A stretch of DNA of 63,071 nucleotides, filler included, from Stramenopiles sp. TOSAG23-3 (taxonomy: Eukaryota): assembly GCA_900128585.1 (NCBI GenBank). It is 26 parts of 26 records of this genome, joined end to end, with 100 filler letters (N's around TTAATTAATTAA, not from the genome) between each part and the next. Parts side by side here need not be neighbours in the genome. Positions count along the whole stretch, not along the records: positions 55,949 to 58,257 come from LT644891.1; positions 58,358 to 60,665 come from LT644892.1; positions 60,766 to 63,071 come from LT644893.1; 23 more parts are not named here. One strand, written 5' to 3'. Below are positions 56,317 through 63,071 of this stretch, in pieces. Made by a program: the position numbers and the translations under genes. Each line of letters starts with the position of its first letter. The first letter of the stretch is position 1. The notes below the pieces were generated by a model. The model was not told the DNA's origin. It searched no databases and worked only from the letters and a program-made list of their open reading frames with translations.

Positions 56317-57421
56317 TTAAACTACTGCTTTGGCTTTGACCTTCTTGATCGGTGTCTTTTTTTTCGCTGCTTTTTTGGCTTTTGCCGCAGTTTTCTTCAC
56401 TTTCAACGCTTTCTTGGCCGCTTTGGTTTCAGACATCAAGTCTCCTCGTTTCGTGGGGCACTTGGCTACGTATTCTGGCACCAACTCGCTCACTAAGCGC
56501 TTGATGGTCTTGTATGGGTCAATGGACGCATCGAATACCAGGGCGCTGCTGCGGGAAATCGAGTTGATTTTTCGGTGTTGAAAGTTGGTCAGGGCATTCC
56601 AAACTAACGTGGTCTTGATAGATACCGTTTCGTGCAGAATCCTTGTCACCAAGTCATCGTATCCACCGTTTTGGAACAACGTCTTCAGGTTCTCAAACAT
56701 TTTGGGGTTCCCTTCTTTCAACAAGTTCTGTAGAACTTGGTACAGAGACCCTGTTCGCTTTCCTTTGATTGTCGAGACGATGTAGTTGAACACATTTTCA
56801 CGAGCATTTTGGTCGATGATGTCATCAATGTCCGTCTCGTTGAAAAACTCATTCAAACCCTTCATGGAAGCCACGACTTCGGGGTTGATCTCAGACGGTT
56901 CGCTAAGGATATTTTTCGGGCCCTTGCTGTTAACCAAACCAGAGGATGCATCAGACATTGACAGCCGGAATCCTTTTCCGGGACTTTTTCCGTTTTTGCC
57001 TTTTCCACCGATGGATCTGCGCTTTTTGGAGGGGGGGGGCAGTTGAGTTTCCGCCTTGCGTCCGCTTGTATCCACTGCGGGGGTTGTCGTTCAAGGTGCC
57101 GATTTCACCGGACAAGATTGCCAAAGCCCTTGCCTCGTGCAAGTTTTGCTTTTGAACACGGTTGTCGAACCACTTGCGGACTTGTTGGTATTGAAGCTCC
57201 AACTTGAGGGCCAAATCACGCATGTAATTTTGACCTTCTTTCCCTTTTGGAAGGCATTTGGATTGAAATACTCGTTCCAGCTCTTCTTTTTGGTCCTGTC
57301 TCAACGGGACACGTTTTCTTCGAACGATCTGTTTCGTTGAGCCGTTCGCCAATTTCAAGGTGTAGCCGTGAGTGGCGGCGGCCTTGTTGGGGCTTGAGGA
57401 TGGGGCAGCACGTGATGGCAT
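56317..57421 (-). CDS. Homeodomain protein with Lys/Ala-rich tail, frameshifted at a C9 run
   Basis: RRKRV...DQKEELERVF...LALKLEL...QVRKWFDNR; a second ORF (56317-57075) overlaps across the run at 57031-57039. Confidence 0.75.
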
Positions 57422-58359
57422 TTTGGATAAGTAGAGGAAGTGTGTTTGGGTTCTTTCGTTTTTAAATGAATTCAAATCGCTTACAATTGTTTGTTTTGTC
57501 TCTAGAGGAATAAGATGGAACCAAATCGTAGACTTTCGTCTCAAAGTAAACCAATTTCCATTGCCTTTCTCGCAAGCGCACAAGAACACCATTCCTTGAA
57601 GGAATGAATTAGTTAGTTATGGTATCTTCATATTAAAATTGATTGAGATTCGATTTGGAATACGACTCGAATCAATCAGACGAATCCTCACTATCTCCCT
57701 GTATTTCCCCCTGAACTAACCATTCTCTTTATAACATAAACACAGCATGGTATCAATTCTGATAATTAAAAAATAAGGATTGTTCCAATGCTGTGTGGTG
57801 TAATTTCTTTCTTTTTTCTTTTTTCGTTCGTTATTTAAAGGGAATTTGTGATAAAAAAAAGAAGGATTGTTCCATTGCTGTGTAATGTAAATTTAAATTT
57901 TTCGTTTCGGGATCGGGATGAAGGTTTGGTTCAATTCTATGCTGTGTCTATCATACAAGAATTTTAGGAATCAACCACCTTAACATCTAAATAGCATATA
58001 AAGGTTTTTTTCGTTTTAACGATTTTAGTAAAAGGCGGATTAACCGGAAAGAAGGATTAATGCTCTGTCCATATTATGTCAGTTGTAAATCAATGATGAC
58101 CAATCAAAATAACTTAAACCAAAAATTATTATTACATCCACATAGCGTTACGTAATGGAAAGTAACTCTTTCGTTTGCTCAAAATCATTTTATGATGTGT
58201 TTGGGGAAAAATTCAAATCAATTGTTATACTATATATATTTATTATCACCACGCAATNNNNNNNNNNNNNNNNNNNNNNNNNNNNNNNNNNNNNNNNNNN
58301 NTTAATTAATTAANNNNNNNNNNNNNNNNNNNNNNNNNNNNNNNNNNNNNNNNNNNNTC

Positions 58360-60024
58360 GTGGACGTGGGACCACTGGCAGAGCTCGTTAATCTCAGGAA
58401 GCTCTGGCTCAGTGACAATAAAATCCAGGACGTGGCACCACTGGCAACACTCGTTAATCTCAAGGGTCTCAGTCTCGGGCATAATAAAATTATAGACGTG
58501 GCACCACTGGCAGGGCTTGTTAATCTCACGGAGCTCTACCTCTATGAAAATCCAAACGTGGACGTGGCACAACTGGCAGGGCTCGTTAATCTCAGGACAC
58601 TCTGCCTCTATAGTAATCAAATCGTGGACGTGGCACCACTGGCAACGCTCGTTAATCTCACGTGCCTCCGCCTCGGTGACAATCAAATCGTGGACGTGAC
58701 ACCACTGGCAGGGCTCGTGAATCTCAAGCAGCTCTTCCTCCATATAAATCAAATCGTGAACGTGGCACCACTGGCAGGGCTTGTTAATCTGCACAGACTC
58801 TGCCTCTATAGAAATGAAATCGTGGACGTTACACCACTGGCAAATTTCGTCCGTCTCACGAGGCTCCACCTCAATAACAATCAAATCGTGGACGTGGCAC
58901 CACTGGCAACGCTCGTCCATCTCACGGAGCTCCAGCTTGGTCGCAATCGAATCGTGGACACGAGCCCCCTTCGCTCACTACCAAAAAGCACAACGATTTA
59001 TGGTGTTGTTGTGCGTGGTGATGTGTTGTGCGTGGTGATGGTCAATTTGCTTAATGCGATGTTCGTTCATGGCGAGGGGGCGTGCGTTGGCATGTTTTCA
59101 CAGGACGTTCGTGGTGCTGTCATCATATCGAAGAGGCTTGTGGAGACATGCGCACAAAGCAAAACTGGTATGCTCGCTCTGAGCAAGTACGACGCGGAGA
59201 TGGTAGGAAAGGAGTTGCTGAAGGTGAAGAAGCTCGACCTCAGGGAAAGTCAAATCGTGGACGTGGCACCACTGGCAACGCTCGTTAATCTCACGAATCT
59301 CGACCTCTGGAAAAATCAAATCGTGGACGTGACACCACTGGCGGGGCTCGTTAATCTCACGGAGCTCAACCTCGGTGGAAATCAAATCGTGGACGTGACG
59401 CCACTGGCAACGCTCGTTAATCTCACGGCTCTCAACCTTGGTGACCACGGAGGTGGAAATCAAATCGTGGACGTGGAACCACTGGCAGGGCTCTTCCATC
59501 TCACACGGCTCGAGCTCGCTGGAAATCAAATCGTGGACGTGGCACCACTGGCAGGGCTTGTTAATCTCACGTTTCTCGACCTCCGTGAAAATAAAATCGT
59601 GGACGTGACGTCACTGGCAGAGCTCGTTAATCATCTCAAGGAGCTCTACCTCGGTGGAAATAAAATCGTGGACGTGGCACCACTGGCAACGCTCGTTAAT
59701 CTCACGTTGCTCTGGCTCAATGGAAATCAAATCGTGGACGTGGCACCACTGGCAGCGCTCGTCAATCTCACGGACCTTCGCCTGGATAGTAATCAAATCG
59801 TGGACGTGGGACCACTGGCAGTGCTCGTTAATCTCACGCAGCTCTGGCTCTGTCAAAATAATCAAATCGTGGACGTGGCACCACTGGCAGGGCTCAGGAA
59901 TCTCCAGCATCTCTACCTCGGTGGGTATGGGACATCGGTGGACACGTGCCCCCTTTGCTGCCTACCAAACAGCACAAAGATTATAGGTGTCAGTGTGTGT
60001 TGTCGTTCTTGTACCATTGTTTAA
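58360..60024 (+). CDS. Internalin/SDS22-like 22-aa LRR protein with two repeat blocks and a C-terminal CaaX box (5' partial)
   Basis: About 9 plus 10 units of NQIVDVAPLAxLVNLxxLxLxx; ends CCRSCTIV. Confidence 0.92.
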   Translation: MDVGPLAELVNLRKLWLSDNKIQDVAPLATLVNLKGLSLGHNKIIDVAPLAGLVNLTELYLYENPNVDVAQLAGLVNLRTLCLYSNQIVDVAPLATLVNLTCLRLGDNQIVDVTPLAGLVNLKQLFLHINQIVNVAPLAGLVNLHRLCLYRNEIVDVTPLANFVRLTRLHLNNNQIVDVAPLATLVHLTELQLGRNRIVDTSPLRSLPKSTTIYGVVVRGDVLCVVMVNLLNAMFVHGEGACVGMFSQDVRGAVIISKRLVETCAQSKTGMLALSKYDAEMVGKELLKVKKLDLRESQIVDVAPLATLVNLTNLDLWKNQIVDVTPLAGLVNLTELNLGGNQIVDVTPLATLVNLTALNLGDHGGGNQIVDVEPLAGLFHLTRLELAGNQIVDVAPLAGLVNLTFLDLRENKIVDVTSLAELVNHLKELYLGGNKIVDVAPLATLVNLTLLWLNGNQIVDVAPLAALVNLTDLRLDSNQIVDVGPLAVLVNLTQLWLCQNNQIVDVAPLAGLRNLQHLYLGGYGTSVDTCPLCCLPNSTKIIGVSVCCRSCTIV

Positions 60025-60040
60025 AGTTTAACCTGATGTT

Positions 60041-60478
60041 CTATCCGGAGAATAAATCAACCCTACAGTTCGGACATGTTGAATTCCGTTCCAGCCAAGG
60101 GTCGATGCACGCTTGGTGGAAGCAGTGGTTGACGGTCTCACTACAAGGCAATCTCCTAAACGAGTCTCCATTTTTAATGTTTTCCTGACAAATGGAACAC
60201 TCTCCTATTACTCCTTCCGCTTTGTAGACTGGTATGGTATTGACCGGATTGGGTTGCTGCTCGTTGATCGCGTTTAGTATCGTAGCAGCGATATCGGGTA
60301 TTCCCTGGTCGGACTCCACTATAGCGTTTCTCCGCCTGCGCTGTCCAAAATGTGTGTTGCCTCCACGGATTGAATCGATCATGTGTTGGTGAAACTCACC
60401 GATTGCGTCTGGTAAGGCTACAGTGTATCTATTGCTATTTCCTACTTCGGTAAATGTTATTGTATTGACTCTACGCAT
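60041..60478 (-). CDS. RING-H2 zinc finger protein
   Basis: CSIC..LPC....HCFHQACIDPWL...TCPNCR. Confidence 0.9.
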   Translation of the reverse strand: MRRVNTITFTEVGNSNRYTVALPDAIGEFHQHMIDSIRGGNTHFGQRRRRNAIVESDQGIPDIAATILNAINEQQPNPVNTIPVYKAEGVIGECSICQENIKNGDSFRRLPCSETVNHCFHQACIDPWLERNSTCPNCRVDLFSG

Positions 60479-60589
60479 TTTATTATGTATTATTTACTTT
60501 TATAGACACGGTAAGCAATTTGCTTCTTCTATACACGCGCACATCCCTTCCTCTTCTTCTTCCTCGCCGCCGCCGACGGTGCTACTAAC

Positions 60590-60655
60590 CCCTTGACCAA
60601 TTTACAAGACAGACAACGAGCACCTCAACAACAATTAAGCCGCTGCTTGGAAGAT
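60590..60655 (+). repeat. Upstream module of the dispersed repeat family
   Basis: CAGACAACGAGCACCTC..AACAATTAAGCCGCTGCTT is the reverse complement of 14064-14102 and 49350-49389. Confidence 0.85.
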
Positions 60656-60867
60656 GGTACAAGGANNNNNNNNNNNNNNNNNNNNNNNNNNNNNNNNNNN
60701 NNNNNNNNNTTAATTAATTAANNNNNNNNNNNNNNNNNNNNNNNNNNNNNNNNNNNNNNNNNNNNTGAACACTTTGTTGAACAGGTGTCTATCAAAGCCT
60801 TTTACTTAAAATAAAACAACGACGGTCGTCTTTTCTATTTTTTTTAGAAAATGGGAATTTTGCCATT

Positions 60868-61250
60868 TTTTGTTGTAAGTTTGTGTTGAAATATATTTCT
60901 TTCATTTTTACATCGAAAAGAAACGTTAATTGTTTTAAAGAGATGCTATGATTATGTAAAATACCGATTGCTAAAACAAAAAAAAGAAACAAAAAAGTTG
61001 CGAAAGAACAATTGTTGTTGGTACATTCCAACAAAGTTTGTTCTTTTTTTTAGTGCTGTGTATATGTACTTTACTTTTACAAAAATTTATTCTTTGTTGT
61101 AACTTTTGTGTTGGAATCTATTTCTTTCATTTTAATAACGAAGAGACTTGTTACTTTATTTTAAGACATGCTGTGTCTATATAAACTACTCATTGTAAAC
61201 ACAAAAACAAAAAAGAAACAAAATGCAAAGGAAGAATTGTTGTTGGTATA
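60868..61250 (+). repeat. Diverged direct repeat of about 157 bp (period about 226 bp)
   Basis: TTTGTTGTAA.TTTGTGTTG.AAT.TATTTCTTTCATTTT...AAAAAAGAAACAAAA...AATTGTTGTTGGTA twice. Confidence 0.75.
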
Positions 61251-61385
61251 GTGGTGGAATTGTAATAAAATTAGACCATCATAAAGTTACACGCAAGTAA
61301 ATTCGTTAAATTAAGTTACTTCCTTCATGAAAAAAATACGAGCATTAAATTGAGCATGAGATTCCCCATTCTCTTTTCCCTTACT

Positions 61386-62813
61386 TCACCCACTCCCGGC
61401 GGGAAAGTAAAGGACGAACTTGTCCTTGGCGAAGTAATTCATCGTCTCAAGGAACAAGGAAATCCCTTCGTACCGTTCCATGATCTCCGTCCCCTCGTCC
61501 CCGACCCGGTTCTTCCACAGGGCAAGCATGTCGGGGCTGACCTGAATGTCGTACTGGGGCACAAAGTCTCGCTTCGTCGCAAACATCCATGCGGCCCCGA
61601 CGACCCCGTCGGGAATCTCCAACGCCTTGATGCCCCGCACTGCGTGGTACTCAAGCTCCACGTCGTCCGGGTACACGTACACCTTGGTCTCCTGCAGGGC
61701 CACCTTCGGCCGGCTGTTGCAGGTGGCCGTGCCGTCGTCGGCGACGGTGCAGGAGTGGTCGCTCGATTCTTGCCCCGCGTGGTCGTAGTCGACCGTGTAA
61801 GTAAAGCTGATCAGGCCGTGCTCCGCCAGCCTGAGCTCTTTGGGATCCTCCGTGATCCTCGCGAGCCTCATCTTTTCCATAGTCATCTCCTTGTACTCGT
61901 CCGGCAAGCTCTCAATGTCGTGGTACATGATGTACACTTTCAAGTACTTCTTCGCGTGGTCCCACCCGATTCCGTAGAACGTAAAGTCGTACTCATTCTC
62001 CGTAAACTCCGGGTGGAGCTCTATCCCCAGCCTGTCTACGATGGGCTTGGCCGCGGCCCAGAACGGAGACTCTTGGCTCGTCGTGCCGCAGGCGAATCGG
62101 CCAGAGTTGATCGGCAAGGGGCCCTTTCGACGGTGGGAGTACGTGAACGAGGACATCCGGTTCCCGTAGTAGTAGCCAAAGTGAAAATTGAAGTGCTCGA
62201 TCCCGTAGAGCTCAAAAAACGTATGGACGTAGGCGATTTCGTCGGGCGCCAGCTTGTCGTACATGTCCGTCGATGCCCATTGGTAGTGCCAGTTGAACAG
62301 GGCCCGATGAAATATGGACCCAATCTGCCGTATGATGGGGACCACCTGGGTGAACCGGAGGGGCTCTTCCGCGCTGTACACTTTCTTGAGGGTGAACTCG
62401 TGGAGGTCCTTCCACGCCTTCTCCAGGACGTCGAGCCGCTGCAACGGCGTGTCGTCGTCCGTTCCTCCGTACCGTTCCCCGTCCCCGTACGGGACCAACA
62501 GGGACATCGGACCCTCCTGGACGGCCGGGGCCTTCGTAATGATCCCCCGGGCCGTTTTTACAAACGCGCTCACTTCCTCAAAGTACTCCTCGCAGTCACT
62601 CACGGACACGACGGTTATGAGGCAGACGAACTCCGGGGCAGGGCCGGTGTCGGACGCGTACAGTTTGACGTACTTGTCGACCTCCCTGCTTGTTTTCACC
62701 CCCACCCGCTTCTCGTCTTCTACCGCAACGCGCGGGGCAGACCTCACCGTGCTTACATGAACGGCAAGCGCGAAGAGAAAAATCACCTGCAAACGAGAAA
62801 GCGACCTTGCCAT
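61386..62813 (-). CDS. Secreted or organelle-targeted protein of unknown function
   Basis: ATG at 62813 starts a signal-peptide-like segment (MARSLSRLQVIFLFALAVHVSTVRS); strong G/C third-position bias on this strand. Confidence 0.8.
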   Translation of the reverse strand: MARSLSRLQVIFLFALAVHVSTVRSAPRVAVEDEKRVGVKTSREVDKYVKLYASDTGPAPEFVCLITVVSVSDCEEYFEEVSAFVKTARGIITKAPAVQEGPMSLLVPYGDGERYGGTDDDTPLQRLDVLEKAWKDLHEFTLKKVYSAEEPLRFTQVVPIIRQIGSIFHRALFNWHYQWASTDMYDKLAPDEIAYVHTFFELYGIEHFNFHFGYYYGNRMSSFTYSHRRKGPLPINSGRFACGTTSQESPFWAAAKPIVDRLGIELHPEFTENEYDFTFYGIGWDHAKKYLKVYIMYHDIESLPDEYKEMTMEKMRLARITEDPKELRLAEHGLISFTYTVDYDHAGQESSDHSCTVADDGTATCNSRPKVALQETKVYVYPDDVELEYHAVRGIKALEIPDGVVGAAWMFATKRDFVPQYDIQVSPDMLALWKNRVGDEGTEIMERYEGISLFLETMNYFAKDKFVLYFPAGSG

Positions 62814-63071
62814 GGCGATTGTTTGGTCACGGGAAGGCGAGGGAGAGGCCGTCGGTACGGTGGAAACGGTCGCCCCACAGAAAGAAGGAAGGAAGGAAGA
62901 AAGAAAAGGGAAATTTACCACCGATCAAAGCTTATCAATGCTTGAAATGCATATGTCATATAGATAAACCACGAAATTTCCAGCAAAGTGTGTATTAAAA
63001 ATAAGTTCAATGATCCAATAGTTTAAAACTCCCCTCTACAATTATTTCCTAATTATTATTATTTTTATAAT

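Noticed and set aside
58358-59900. CRISPR-like array (constant repeat plus variable spacer, 66-bp period)
   Set aside because: The period is 22 codons, indels are in-frame, and the variable parts keep Leu codons; it is LRR coding sequence with no cas genes.
61350-62945. 531-aa antisense ORF as a second gene
   Set aside because: Expected shadow of a GC3-rich sense gene that avoids TTA/CTA/TCA codons; composition is not protein-like.
1-63071. Operon-like or cluster interpretation of neighbouring genes (e.g. esterase, glycoside hydrolase, HGSNAT)
   Set aside because: They lie on separate contigs ordered only by length.

Overview
This window is not one locus. It is 26 unrelated short contigs (2353 down to 2306 bp, sorted by length) joined by an artificial 100-bp linker (N44-TTAATTAATTAA-N44), so adjacency across linkers means nothing. 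Most contigs look like the intron-poor nuclear genome of a flagellated protist: GC-moderate genes, very AT-rich spacers and (AAG)n microsatellites. A stramenopile is suggested by the CryptonS-type recombinase, and single-cell amplification by an inversion chimera; both are inferences. Recognisable genes include axonemal dynein heavy chain, SerRS, importin-5, PFK, HGSNAT, RUS1, a SpoU methylase, pectin acetylesterase, CLASP-type TOG, cNMP-binding, EF-hand, homeodomain, LRR and RING proteins. Main highlights: (1) contig 9802-12149 is a single 782-codon minus-strand frame with 10 in-frame TGA and no TAA/TAG, implying a different genetic code (probably UGA=Trp, organellar or foreign); the ORF track splits it into four pieces; (2) an LRR gene built from 66-bp cassettes with constant frameworks and hypervariable exposed residues, ending in a CaaX box; (3) a Crypton tyrosine recombinase; (4) SerRS fused to an EF1B-like GST domain; (5) a modular dispersed repeat family present on about half of the contigs; (6) two genes broken at G/C homopolymers. 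All family assignments are from motif recognition by eye; no database search was run.
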